Assembly (NCBI GenBank): GCA_963663765.2
Contig: CAXXUA010000005.1
Location: forward strand, 1,120,001-1,184,000
Direction: 5' to 3'
DNA: 64,000 nucleotides
Source: Candidatus Poribacteria bacterium
Lineage (GTDB): Bacteria > Poribacteria > WGA-4E > WGA-3G
The notes under the pieces were generated by a model, which was not told where the DNA came from, made no database searches, and saw only the letters and a program-made list of their open reading frames with translations. The position numbers and the translations under genes are program-made. Shown here piece after piece: positions 1 through 9,229 of the stretch. Position 1 is the first letter of the stretch; each line of letters begins with the position of its first letter.

Positions 1-972
1 AACCGCTTCATTTACCTGTTCGCGGGCAAGTTTCAACTGTTCCTCTGCTTCACTGACACCAGACTGCGCTATGGCAATCTCACGTTCCCACGCTTTTGCT
101 TCAACAAGTTTTTGTGCTGTGACAAGGTTGGATTTCGCTTGAACAACCTTTGATGCTGACGCAGCGATTTCGCGTTCCCATCCCTTATTTTCAACTATCT
201 TACGGGCTACCGCTAATTCTGCTTTCGTTTTTTCCACCGTCACTTGAGCGGTACCATCTTCAAACTGTTTTGCTGCAGCAACTGCTTCTTCATGACGACT
301 TTGCACCAACTTGTATCGTGTTTCTGAGGTTTCAAACGCACTATCACTAATTAGTTCCTTTTTGTGCAGTTCCTTATCTCGTTCATAATCCGAAGTCGCT
401 TTATCAAACTCCGTTTTCGCTCTCTCCAACCCTTGTTCCGCACTCACTTTTGAACGTTCAAGGTTTGCTTCTGCTGCTTTGAATGCAGATTCAGCCTGTA
501 CAAGCTTGTTCCGTATACGCATTTCAGCGAGCGATTTAGTCTCTTCAAGTTTTGCTTCGGCATCTGCAACTGCTTCTTTCGCAGTAACCAGTTGCGTTTC
601 AATACGCGTTTGCGCGTTTGCCTCCGTTGTGGTTAGTTGTGACTTTGCGACACTCAATGCTACTTCTGCTTTTATCGCATCAATACTAACTTGACTGGCA
701 CTGCTTTGTGCAAGCACATCACCTTTTTTTACGGTTTGTCCTGCTTCTGCATTCAGTTCCACAATTTTTCCTGTGATGTTCGCATATACCTTGACCTCTG
801 CACGAGGTTGCAAAAGTCCACTGTAACTCTTTTCGGACACAATGCTAACCTGTCGGGGTGTCTCAACATTGACGGAGATTGCCTGTTGTACATCTTGTGA
901 AATCACATCAATGACGATAGCACAACATAAAAACAGTGTCATCGAAACTACAATAATATAAATCGCTTTCAA
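1..972 (-). CDS. RND/ABC efflux periplasmic adaptor (membrane fusion protein), runs off window start
   Basis: Manual translation (absent from ORF track): TTG start at 972 after GGGAGG SD; MKAIYIIVVSMTLFLCC... N-terminal TM, then 'GLLQPRAEVKVYANITGKIVELNAEAGQTVKKGDVLA' lipoyl-like half motif and a long Ala/Glu coiled coil. Confidence 0.85.
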   Translation of the reverse strand, partial: MKAIYIIVVSMTLFLCCAIVIDVISQDVQQAISVNVETPRQVSIVSEKSYSGLLQPRAEVKVYANITGKIVELNAEAGQTVKKGDVLAQSSASQVSIDAIKAEVALSVAKSQLTTTEANAQTRIETQLVTAKEAVADAEAKLEETKSLAEMRIRNKLVQAESAFKAAEANLERSKVSAEQGLERAKTEFDKATSDYERDKELHKKELISDSAFETSETRYKLVQSRHEEAVAAAKQFEDGTAQVTVEKTKAELAVARKIVENKGWEREIAASASKVVQAKSNLVTAQKLVEAKAWEREIAIAQSGVSEAEEQLKLAREQVNEAV

Positions 973-1060
973 TCCTGATACCTCCCTTCACAATAAAGAA
1001 AAGGGTTTCTACATCTACGGTAAGACATGCATCTCAATTACCGTTATCCAGCAGAAAACC

Positions 1061-1600
1061 CTATTCGGTCTTTAGTTTATCTTTGAAATCTTTTGAAAAC
1101 TTTTTCATTTTAGGATGAATCACGAATTGGCAGTAAGGTTGTGTGGGATTCATTTCAAAATAACTTTGGTGATAGTCTTCTGCAGGATAAAAAACATCTA
1201 TAGCAGTAATTTCAGTTACAATCGGGTCGTCCCATATCCCAGATTTATTCATCTTTGCTTTAGATTCTTCAGCGCTCCTTTGTTGTGTTTCAGAATGATA
1301 ATAAATTGCTGACCGATACTGCGTACCAACATCGTTGCCTTGACGGTTTAACGTGGTCGGATCGTGTGTTTGCCAAAAAACTTCCAGTAATTCTTCATAA
1401 GAGATTACATCTGGATCAAACTCAATCTGTGCCACCTCAGCGTGTCCTGTCGTTCCTGCGCATACTTCACGATAATTGGGATTGATAGTGTTACCACCAG
1501 TATAGCCTGAAACTACCTTGTGCACACCTTCTAACTGCTCAAAAACTGCTTCTACACACCAAAAACAACCCGCACCAAACGTTGCTGTTGCTAATTCCAT
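1061..1600 (-). CDS. msrA: Peptide-methionine (S)-S-oxide reductase
   Basis: GCFWCVE active site, SGYTGG, GHAEV, RQGNDVGTQYRS, AEDYHQ motifs. Confidence 0.97.
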   Translation of the reverse strand: MELATATFGAGCFWCVEAVFEQLEGVHKVVSGYTGGNTINPNYREVCAGTTGHAEVAQIEFDPDVISYEELLEVFWQTHDPTTLNRQGNDVGTQYRSAIYYHSETQQRSAEESKAKMNKSGIWDDPIVTEITAIDVFYPAEDYHQSYFEMNPTQPYCQFVIHPKMKKFSKDFKDKLKTE

Positions 1601-1654
1601 TTTCTTATTTGCGGTTTCAACATGTCGTTGGAAACCACACTACTCCTTACATCC

Positions 1655-1726
1655 TAAAAAAATGCTGATAATTACATCATTTTCATCATAATTCATGATT
1701 AAATCAAGTAAACTGCGTAAGTCCTG
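1655..1726 (-). repeat. Partial copy of the CAGGACTTACGCA-ended MITE-like repeat
   Basis: Ends TGCGTAAGTCCTG; its reverse complement resembles the left part of 14807-14964 and 61190-61354. Confidence 0.7.
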
Positions 1727-1739
1727 TACGATTTTCCAC

Positions 1740-1805
1740 TCTTTAGTCCCGTAGGGACGATATGTTTGTTCTAACCATGACATATAAACATATCGTCCCT
1801 AAAGA
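1740..1805. repeat. Solo inverted doublet of the GTCCC-GTA-GGGAC repeat
   Basis: TCTTTAGTCCCGTAGGGACGATATGTTT followed by an inverted copy TATAAACATATCGTCCCTAAAGA lacking 8 bp; same core as the arrays at 29311 and 42952. Confidence 0.85.
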
Positions 1806-1911
1806 AGATTAATTTATTAATTCGGTAATAAATACTCTCACACGGTAGGTGGGGAATGCCATAAGGCATTCATACCGTTGATTTGGTGATTCCGTACACC
1901 AATCCGATTCA

Positions 1912-2343
1912 TCAACTCACAATCCGCTGCTGTTCAAGCACCTCAATTTTTCGGTTAAGCTCCTCAAGTCTTCTCTCAAAGTCCCTTTGTTGCCTACCTT
2001 GCATCACAGAGATAAACTGCGGAATCCCGATAGCAACAACTATCAACGCAATCAACCCATAAGTGATGTTGATCCCATATGTGACCCGTTTATCAACACT
2101 GTCAAAACGTTTATCAACACTGTCAAAACGTTTATCAACACTGTCAAAACGTTTATCAACACTGTCAAATCTGACATTCACATAATCCTTTATCCGTGTT
2201 TCCGAGTTTGCTATCTCTTCCTTGACGACATCGTTGACAATCAACCTGATTTTATCCAGGTCTTCGGTAGATAGCGAAACTTGGCTGAATGCTGGCACAG
2301 CAATAAGACTATATAAAATTGCAGTTAAACATAAAGTTCTCAT
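1912..2343 (-). CDS. Secreted/membrane coiled-coil protein with (FDSVDKR)x4 heptad repeat
   Basis: Signal peptide, heptad repeat, TM segment, C-terminal coiled coil; AAGGAG SD. Confidence 0.8.
   Translation of the reverse strand: MRTLCLTAILYSLIAVPAFSQVSLSTEDLDKIRLIVNDVVKEEIANSETRIKDYVNVRFDSVDKRFDSVDKRFDSVDKRFDSVDKRVTYGINITYGLIALIVVAIGIPQFISVMQGRQQRDFERRLEELNRKIEVLEQQRIVS
2087..2169. repeat. Intragenic 21-bp VNTR, about 4 copies
   Basis: CGTTTATCAACACTGTCAAAA at 2087, 2108, 2129 and 2150. Confidence 0.95.
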
Positions 2344-2533
2344 TTGCGTGGCTCCTTTATGTATAGTGTAGTCTATTTATATTTGTTTGTCAACATGAAC
2401 ATTTATGGCTTAGAAAACGCTTAGCATAAGTAAGATAACCAATTGCAGAAGTCTTATCCGCGTCATCCGCGATGCTGTACCCAATCCGCTTCATCTGCAA
2501 AATCCGCAATTCAGATAAAAACCAAGATCCATA

Positions 2534-3484
2534 TCACAAAAACATCTCCAAATCGGGATGAGGATCTAACATTTCCCGCAGACAAGTATCCCAATATAAC
2601 ACACAATACCGTATAAACTCGTCTGACCGATTATCTTGTTCAAGGTAATTCTCTATCCAGTCTAATAGACGTTGGCGAGGTGCAGCACGAATCTCACCAG
2701 CCTCTTCATCAAATACAACGTCTCGGAAATCACTCAATGTGTCAACCTCTAACTGCAAATCGGGTTGAAAATACAACGCCAAATTTGCCATTATACGGAG
2801 AGTAAGTAACTGAATTGGATCCACTGCGATGCTAAGCGGCGGGTCAACCGAAAAGACATCATCAAGCGGCAAGGCTTGAACATAATCCCAACGCGTCTCA
2901 ATATAATCCAACTGTTGACGAACAATCTCCATATCAGAAAGATGCGTGATGTTTCGCGGTTGATGTTTGTCCTTGATTGTTACCTGTGCTCTGCTGATAG
3001 TTGTTTTATAGGTAGACAACGCATCTAAAAATTCTGCTTCTGCATGATTATATATACGGATGCTATCAATATCAAGATGACTGATGGATTCCGGTGGTTG
3101 AATAAACGCATTTTCAAGAAGATATTCGGCTTTTTTCACCAGTTTATCAGTCAACGTATTGCCGATTTGGAAAAACTTGACGATCGGATTTGCAATAAGC
3201 ACACTCACCGCTTTGTCCAAATTACCCTTGCTGCCATATTCTAAACCGAGACTTGTAAGAGCAAAGGAAGTTCGAATTTGAGCACGAAGTTCCGATTGAT
3301 CGGAAAGATCAGATACCTTCATCGTAATCAGTTTATGTGCCAATACTGCAATATCCTCGGAGAGTGTTTCCGATTTATCAGTATCAATTTTACCAAGAGC
3401 ATCGCCATGTATTAAGGTCTGTGCTAAGAAAGACCTGCTATCAAGAACTGAATCGGCAACAAGGGAAAACTTATTCGTCGCCAT
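2534..3484 (-). CDS. Hypothetical protein resembling the C-terminal half of DUF6178
   Basis: ORF; likely ATG at 3484 overlapping the upstream gene; 'SLGLEYGSKGNLDKAVSVLIANPIVKFFQIG' recalls the DUF6178 C-terminal region. Confidence 0.6.
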   Translation of the reverse strand: MATNKFSLVADSVLDSRSFLAQTLIHGDALGKIDTDKSETLSEDIAVLAHKLITMKVSDLSDQSELRAQIRTSFALTSLGLEYGSKGNLDKAVSVLIANPIVKFFQIGNTLTDKLVKKAEYLLENAFIQPPESISHLDIDSIRIYNHAEAEFLDALSTYKTTISRAQVTIKDKHQPRNITHLSDMEIVRQQLDYIETRWDYVQALPLDDVFSVDPPLSIAVDPIQLLTLRIMANLALYFQPDLQLEVDTLSDFRDVVFDEEAGEIRAAPRQRLLDWIENYLEQDNRSDEFIRYCVLYWDTCLREMLDPHPDLEMFL

Positions 3485-4274
3485 TTTCTGCCTCGTCCTC
3501 AGCAAGTTCAAGCGCATCTAAATCAACATGTTCTTTCAGCTCAGATTCAGTGATCTTGATCCCAGTTTTCTCATCGCGCGCTTTCACCCGTTCATCTCTC
3601 TCAGCTTTCACCTTGTCTAACGCAGACGCTAATTCCTTATCTACATCCCCTTCTTTGTCAATAGCAAACATTTCACGGAGTAACTGATTGAAAAGGTCGT
3701 TATCTGCTTCCCAAATCGCATTGAGCACCGCTTTTGCTTGCTCATCCTTGCATTCAATTGATGCAGAATTCGGATCAATGATACCTTCATCAATGAGCAA
3801 TGCACTGAGTGCACCTTTCAACTTTACACGATTCTTGAGGAGACCAGCAAAAATACGTATATCCATCTGTCCGAGTAAACGACTGAGATCTTTTCTATCA
3901 CATTCAGACAACTCAAACAGCCACAGACTCACCGATTTTTCATCTAATTTGCCATCGTTCCAGAGGGCAATATCAATGATCTCCTCAAATTGTTCATTGG
4001 ACAAACACGGTAGTAATCCACACGCAAGACCGGTTCCAAGAAGCGTATCTAATACCTGTAACACATCTTCGGTGGGACTTTCCTGAATTAACTCAGTACA
4101 ATCCGGAACAAGATAGTATAATTCTTCACGCAATCTTGGGTTGCGGGTAGCACTGATTATATCAAGTTGTTGCTCTTTTTCGTAACTTTGGAAAAGTTGT
4201 TCAGCTTCACGTGTGGGTAACGACAATAATTTCTTGGCTTCTGATTGCGGGACAACCAATTTTCGGCTGTTCAT
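3471..4274 (-). CDS. Hypothetical protein resembling the N-terminal half of DUF6178
   Basis: ATG 4274 with GGAGG SD; 'LLPCLSNEQFEEIIDIALWNDGKLDEKSVSLWL' recalls the DUF6178 N-terminal region. Confidence 0.6.
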   Translation of the reverse strand: MNSRKLVVPQSEAKKLLSLPTREAEQLFQSYEKEQQLDIISATRNPRLREELYYLVPDCTELIQESPTEDVLQVLDTLLGTGLACGLLPCLSNEQFEEIIDIALWNDGKLDEKSVSLWLFELSECDRKDLSRLLGQMDIRIFAGLLKNRVKLKGALSALLIDEGIIDPNSASIECKDEQAKAVLNAIWEADNDLFNQLLREMFAIDKEGDVDKELASALDKVKAERDERVKARDEKTGIKITESELKEHVDLDALELAEDEAENGDE

Positions 4275-4396
4275 TCCAACCCTCCAGGTGGGCAATGCGA
4301 GGTGTCGCGTTTTATTGAAAATGACTATATATTTTTGTGTTTTTGGGTAATTCGGTTTGCTGTAGGTTGACATTACCACCCTACAGCAACAGTCTG

Positions 4397-4495
4397 CAAC
4401 GTATCTCATAAATGGTAAGAGGAGGTTTCTAACCCCGAATTACCAGACACACAATCCTATGAATTTGGACAAAATCGCATTTATGAGATACGTTG
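4397..4495. mobile_element. 99-bp MITE-like element
   Basis: Perfect 18-bp TIR CAACGTATCTCATAAATG (4397-4414 / 4478-4495); diverged copy at 9118-9215. Confidence 0.75.
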
Positions 4496-4503
4496 TATCC
4501 AGT

Positions 4504-5268
4504 TTAGAAGTTGTTCCTGACAAAGTTCATGTTCTTAGCGGCTGACGCAATCGGGTCATCTTTCGCGGGGGTTTCCAAAACAAACCAACTATCATAACCA
4601 ATCGCACGGGCAGACTCAAATACAGCAGTAAAGTCAACATCTCCTTCACCAGCGTGGTTACCACCAGTGTCCTTGATGTGTATTTGCACGATTGAACTGC
4701 CTAAACTACGTATCTCTGATGCAGAATCGAAACCGAGACCCGTTGCATTACCCATATCATAATACACTCCGACATGTTTTGAACCAACTTGGTCAATAAT
4801 CTGTTGATGCTGATCCGCACTCAATGTGGATTCAATAGCAAGATAAACGTCGTGCTTTTCTGCAGTTTCTGCAGCAGCCTTCACACCATCAAGGAAGCGA
4901 GGTGCTGTGATATGCTCATCTTCGATCTTACCACCACCAAAAAACGGCACAAGGACAACATTTGTGCCTAATTTCGGGCATGTTTCCGAAAGATATTGCA
5001 ACTTCGCAATGCCTTCAGACCGAACACTATCTATTGGATTCATAAATGAATATGCTGTAAAACCCCCTGGGGAGAGCGATGAGACCTCAATATCAGCTTC
5101 TTCTGCAAGACTATTGACCTTATCAATACCACCTTCCTGCCAAAGTGTGTGCTGCCGATAATCTCTTCCCATACAGAGTTCTATACCATCAAAACCGATC
5201 TCTTTAGCCTTCTTAAACGATGCTTCAAACGGGACACGAAGCATACCGTCTCTAATACCTACTTTCAT
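4504..5268 (-). CDS. Sugar phosphate isomerase/epimerase (AP endonuclease family 2 TIM barrel)
   Basis: GFDGIEL, LAIE, YYDMGN, IHIKD, GEGDVDF, VLET motifs; AGGAGG SD before ATG 5268. Confidence 0.88.
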   Translation of the reverse strand: MKVGIRDGMLRVPFEASFKKAKEIGFDGIELCMGRDYRQHTLWQEGGIDKVNSLAEEADIEVSSLSPGGFTAYSFMNPIDSVRSEGIAKLQYLSETCPKLGTNVVLVPFFGGGKIEDEHITAPRFLDGVKAAAETAEKHDVYLAIESTLSADQHQQIIDQVGSKHVGVYYDMGNATGLGFDSASEIRSLGSSIVQIHIKDTGGNHAGEGDVDFTAVFESARAIGYDSWFVLETPAKDDPIASAAKNMNFVRNNF

Positions 5269-5350
5269 ATTTTCCCTCCTGTTGATTTTGAATTGTAACA
5301 TATTCAGTTGTCATTTTTCAAATTGAATTTTATATTTAAAAATTAGCAGT

Positions 5351-5378
5351 CAGACAACAGACAACAGACAACAGACAA
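5351..5378. repeat. (CAGACAA)x4 microsatellite
   Basis: Direct reading. Confidence 0.9.
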
Positions 5379-5451
5379 GATTATACCAATTCAAATAAAT
5401 CTTGTCTCATTAAGGAATTCTACTGTTTACTGGCAGGGGGTTACTCTCTTC

Positions 5452-5495
5452 GGTAGGAGCGACCTCCCGGTCGCGACCGGGAGGTCGCTCCTACC
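5452..5495. repeat. Perfect 44-bp palindrome (spacer-less GTAG-type REP doublet)
   Basis: GGTAGGAGCGACCTCCCGGTCG followed directly by CGACCGGGAGGTCGCTCCTACC. Confidence 0.92.
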
Positions 5496-5760
5496 AGATT
5501 TCCGCTGCTAATGAGACATTATCACATGAAAATGGTATTATACCCAATTAACGTGAGTCGTCTTGCTAAGTGTGCGGTTAGGAAACCGCACCTACCGTTG
5601 GAAAAAGATAAATTACGTTAATTTGGTATTACTTATGCTGAATTCTAAAATAAATATCCTTGCATGATCTAATAATTATATTGACAGATTCACCTATAAC
5701 TTGTAAAGTATAACAAGTTAAAATAGGACTGCTACCATCACAATAAAGGAAAACAAACAC

Positions 5761-6231
5761 ATGAATGGTACCGAAAAAGTCATAAAACACTTAGAACTGA
5801 TACAAGTCGTAATCAACCGTATGGGTCTGAATAGTTTTCTGTTAAAAGGCGGAAGCATCGTATTTGTCATCACATCACAAGTCACTTATGTTTCACTGTT
5901 TTTCTTTGCTTTAAAAAAAGATTCAGTTGTACCCGAGGAAGCCTTCTATGTCCTTATTTTGAATGCTGGTATGCTGATAGTCCTAATTCTCGGATTTTGG
6001 ATTCTGGATGGATTCTTCCTCAGAAAGGAACGGTTGTTTCAATACCACTACGATGCAATCAGAAAACAGGACGATACCGATTTTAACATGAATGTCAGAA
6101 TTCACAAGACTATGCCAAAATGTAGTTGGAGATCGGTTGTTTTTTCTGCTACAACGTTGATATTTTATTTAATAGAAATCATCTTTATATCATTTCTACC
6201 TGCAATATTTTTAGTTGCGTTTCTATCATGA
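5761..6231 (+). CDS. Small 3-TM membrane protein
   Basis: 'KHLELIQVVINRMGLNSFLLKG' and 'FWILDGFFLRKERLF'; AAGGA SD and upstream TTGACA. Confidence 0.75.
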   Translation: MNGTEKVIKHLELIQVVINRMGLNSFLLKGGSIVFVITSQVTYVSLFFFALKKDSVVPEEAFYVLILNAGMLIVLILGFWILDGFFLRKERLFQYHYDAIRKQDDTDFNMNVRIHKTMPKCSWRSVVFSATTLIFYLIEIIFISFLPAIFLVAFLS

Positions 6232-6268
6232 ATCTAACGTTTATTCGAAGAAACCAAAAATATTTTAC

Positions 6269-7597
6269 CTATTCACTGTACTCAGTTCTATCCGTATTCC
6301 CACCGTATTTCATCGCATAAACCAGCATGTTAGTCATAAACCGATAGACATCGGGTGAACGCCGCAGACGCAACATCGTACGGCTCGCAATTTCTGTCGT
6401 CTCCATCGCGCACATATAGTCTTTCCGATTGTAAATAACAGCTAACCGACCATCAATGATAATCCCCTTTTGATACCGAAATTGTGTGGGTTGTGCGTTA
6501 TTTTCATTCCCCCAGAACACATCACCCCCCTGTGGAGGTTTTGATAAGTTATAATGGATAGTATATATTTCATGCTCATGCGGTAGAATATCAAGTGGAT
6601 AGTCCGGAAAAATCTGTTGTAACTCATCGGCAACGATATTTGCGAATAGTCCGTGAAAACCGCAGTCATCAAAAAAGAGCATTCCCCCTTCAACAACAAT
6701 ATATTTCCGTAGTGCAGCACGTTCTGCTTGAGTGAACCCTTTCTGCAATGGACCATCTCTTGCAAGTCCACGTCCGGCAGTAATATCAGTATCGTGTCCT
6801 GTCATCACAATGAGGGGTGCATCCAAAATCTTTGGATCTGTCAAAGACAGCGCACCTCCAGCAAAATTCATATCAGAGCGAATTTGTGTGTACCTGTCCA
6901 TCCATTTCATGAGCGCAGGTAGTGCCGTTGGGTCTTGCCACCAATCAGAGAGTGAGTGTTTTAGCCTAATGATTCGGATATGACCACGAATGTTTTTGCC
7001 AGTACCCTTCAGAATCGCACCCAATTGTCTTGGCGGTAACATAATAGGATTTCGCAATTCAGTAGAAACATTGTCATTCATGTTGTTATCAGGCAAGTCC
7101 GTGTCAAGAAACTCACTAAATCCTTCTGTAGCATAAGTATTATGCTTAGGACTCACAACAAGAGGAGTTCGAGATTTTATCTTATCAGGTGTTGATGGCA
7201 CAGTCGGCACAACTATACCAGAACGCTGCAAAGGATTATTAGCACGTTGTGTGGACTCTATCTGGAAATTTGGGTTTGAATCAGCATCGGGATTTACCAA
7301 CTCTGTTTTGTATGTAGGGGACGTGTTCGGAACTGATGTGAAGGTTTTTGGTGCTTGAACGATTGATGGTATAGGAGTTTGCATGGGGTTAACTTGACGT
7401 TGGATTGTGTCACGTAATACTATTTCATTTGGACGTTTAGGGGTAAAATATTTTGGTCGGTATTTAGTAATTTCTACATCAATGGAATCCTCAGTAAATT
7501 TCCAATACTGTTCGGTAAAAAACAACCCGACAATTGCTGCCAAAATGAGATGAATTAACACTGATGCGATAACCGCATGAACACGTTTCTGTTTCAT
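6269..7597 (-). CDS. Membrane-anchored DUF4159-like domain protein
   Basis: N-terminal TM 'SVLIHLILAAIVGLF', Pro/Thr-rich linker, C-terminal 'APLIVMTGH...LRKYIVVEGGMLFFDDCG...DGRLAVIY'. Confidence 0.75.
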   Translation of the reverse strand: MKQKRVHAVIASVLIHLILAAIVGLFFTEQYWKFTEDSIDVEITKYRPKYFTPKRPNEIVLRDTIQRQVNPMQTPIPSIVQAPKTFTSVPNTSPTYKTELVNPDADSNPNFQIESTQRANNPLQRSGIVVPTVPSTPDKIKSRTPLVVSPKHNTYATEGFSEFLDTDLPDNNMNDNVSTELRNPIMLPPRQLGAILKGTGKNIRGHIRIIRLKHSLSDWWQDPTALPALMKWMDRYTQIRSDMNFAGGALSLTDPKILDAPLIVMTGHDTDITAGRGLARDGPLQKGFTQAERAALRKYIVVEGGMLFFDDCGFHGLFANIVADELQQIFPDYPLDILPHEHEIYTIHYNLSKPPQGGDVFWGNENNAQPTQFRYQKGIIIDGRLAVIYNRKDYMCAMETTEIASRTMLRLRRSPDVYRFMTNMLVYAMKYGGNTDRTEYSE

Positions 7598-7598
7598 T

Positions 7599-7730
7599 AT
7601 GGCATTCGTACCGTTGATTTCTTGATTTCTTTATTTCTTGATTTTGCACTGAAAACATAAACAATGCTGAAAATTACATCATTTTCAGCACAATTCTTGA
7701 TTAAATCATGAAAACTGCAAAACTCCTGCT
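7599..7730 (-). repeat. Diverged reverse copy of the CAGGACTTACGCA MITE-like repeat
   Basis: Contains GGCATTCGTACCGTTGATTT and AATGCTGAAAATTACATCATTTTC, shared with the 14807 and 61190 elements. Confidence 0.7.
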
Positions 7731-7752
7731 TACAGGATTAGAGTTCGGAACA

Positions 7753-9060
7753 TCAAACCCTTTTACTATTCATCAGTTCCTCAATTGCATCAATTTCTTT
7801 TGGCACAACATCAGTTAGCACTTCACAACCCGATTCTGTGACAAGTATATCATCTTCAATGCGCACACCTATACCGAGGTATTTGGTAGGAACTTTCTTT
7901 GTACCTTCTGCAACGTAGAGGCCGGGTTCAATTGTCAAAACCATTCCAGGTTCAAAAGTTTTGTATTCACCCTCAGCATCGCGCACGCAATTAACATCAT
8001 GCACATCCAACCCAAGCATATGTCCAACACGATACATATAAAACTGTTTGTATGCTTCTTTCTTAATCAACTTTTTCGCTTTGCCTTTTAAAAGACCGAG
8101 ACTCAGCATGCCCTCTGTTAGCAACTCAATAGATTTTTGGTGCGGCTCATCAATAGATACACCCGGACGGATCGTATCAATAATAGCATAATGCGCATCA
8201 AGGACAATTTGATAAATCTCCCTTTGCGCATCAGTAAATGTGCCGTTAACGGGGAAAGTGCGGGTTACGTCTCCACAGTACCGTTGATATTCAGCACCGG
8301 CATCAATGAGAACAAGTGTGTTGTCTTTGATTTCGCAGTTGTTCGTGGTGTAATGAAGTGTCGTTGCATTTCCTCCACCTGCAACAATTGTGGGAAAAGC
8401 AGCACCGTTTGCACCACTGCTGCGAAAAGTTGCGTCTACAATCCCTTCTAACTCGTATTCGTACATCCCCGGTCGTGCTGCAACCATTGCAGCAATATGA
8501 CCATCTACTGTTATGTCTGTAGCCTGTCTGATTCGCTGCAATTCCTCCTCATTTTTTATCAACCGCATTTCACTCAAAATAGGGGAAGGATCAACAAGCG
8601 TATGGATACCTTTGCCTAATCGGATACGCGACCTCACAGATTGCTTAAAACGGCTAAGTAACGCATCATCTACATGCTTATTAGAACCGAGAGTGTAATA
8701 GAGACTTTCAGCATCCGCTAAATACTTACCTATCTTCTTATCAAACTTATTTATTGAATATGCCTTATCTGCACCATAGATGGCACAAGCATCCTTAACA
8801 CCGACTCGTTTTCCATTCCAGATTTCAGCTCTTTCATCTTTCGGCAGAACAAAAAGTATATACTTATGTTTAGGATGGTCAGGCGCAATCACACAAATTG
8901 ATTCCTGCTCATCAAAACCCGTAAGATAATAAAAATTCGGATCAGGACTATAAATATGTTCAGTGTCGTGATTACGCATGGTAACGGGAGCGTTTGCAAA
9001 TATCGCTACTCCACCAGAACCCATCTGTTCTATAAAGTCTTTGCGTATTTTTGTATGCAT
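7753..9060 (-). CDS. pepP: Xaa-Pro aminopeptidase (M24B)
   Basis: FYYLTGF N-domain; MRLIK, LHY, LIDAG, DVTRT, GHxLGLDVHD, TIEPG, GVRIEDD. Confidence 0.93.
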   Translation of the reverse strand: MHTKIRKDFIEQMGSGGVAIFANAPVTMRNHDTEHIYSPDPNFYYLTGFDEQESICVIAPDHPKHKYILFVLPKDERAEIWNGKRVGVKDACAIYGADKAYSINKFDKKIGKYLADAESLYYTLGSNKHVDDALLSRFKQSVRSRIRLGKGIHTLVDPSPILSEMRLIKNEEELQRIRQATDITVDGHIAAMVAARPGMYEYELEGIVDATFRSSGANGAAFPTIVAGGGNATTLHYTTNNCEIKDNTLVLIDAGAEYQRYCGDVTRTFPVNGTFTDAQREIYQIVLDAHYAIIDTIRPGVSIDEPHQKSIELLTEGMLSLGLLKGKAKKLIKKEAYKQFYMYRVGHMLGLDVHDVNCVRDAEGEYKTFEPGMVLTIEPGLYVAEGTKKVPTKYLGIGVRIEDDILVTESGCEVLTDVVPKEIDAIEELMNSKRV

Positions 9061-9117
9061 ATAATTCTTTCCTAAATATCAACATTACAAGGCACTCAAA
9101 GTCTATATTACACATTA

Positions 9118-9215
9118 CAACCTATCTCAAAAATGGTAGTAGGAACTTCTAACCTATATTTACCATACACACGATCCGGCGAATTTGAACAAAATCGCAC
9201 TTATCATATACGATG
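9118..9215. repeat. Diverged copy of the 4397-4495 MITE
   Basis: Colinear similarity (TATCTCA...AATGGTA...GAATTTG.ACAAAATCGCA); flanked by TA on both sides. Confidence 0.65.
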
Positions 9216-9229
9216 TAGAATAATTGTGT

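Noticed and set aside
7001-7010. 10-nt match (AGTACCCTTC) to the array 1 spacer
   Set aside because: Short enough to occur by chance in 64 kb
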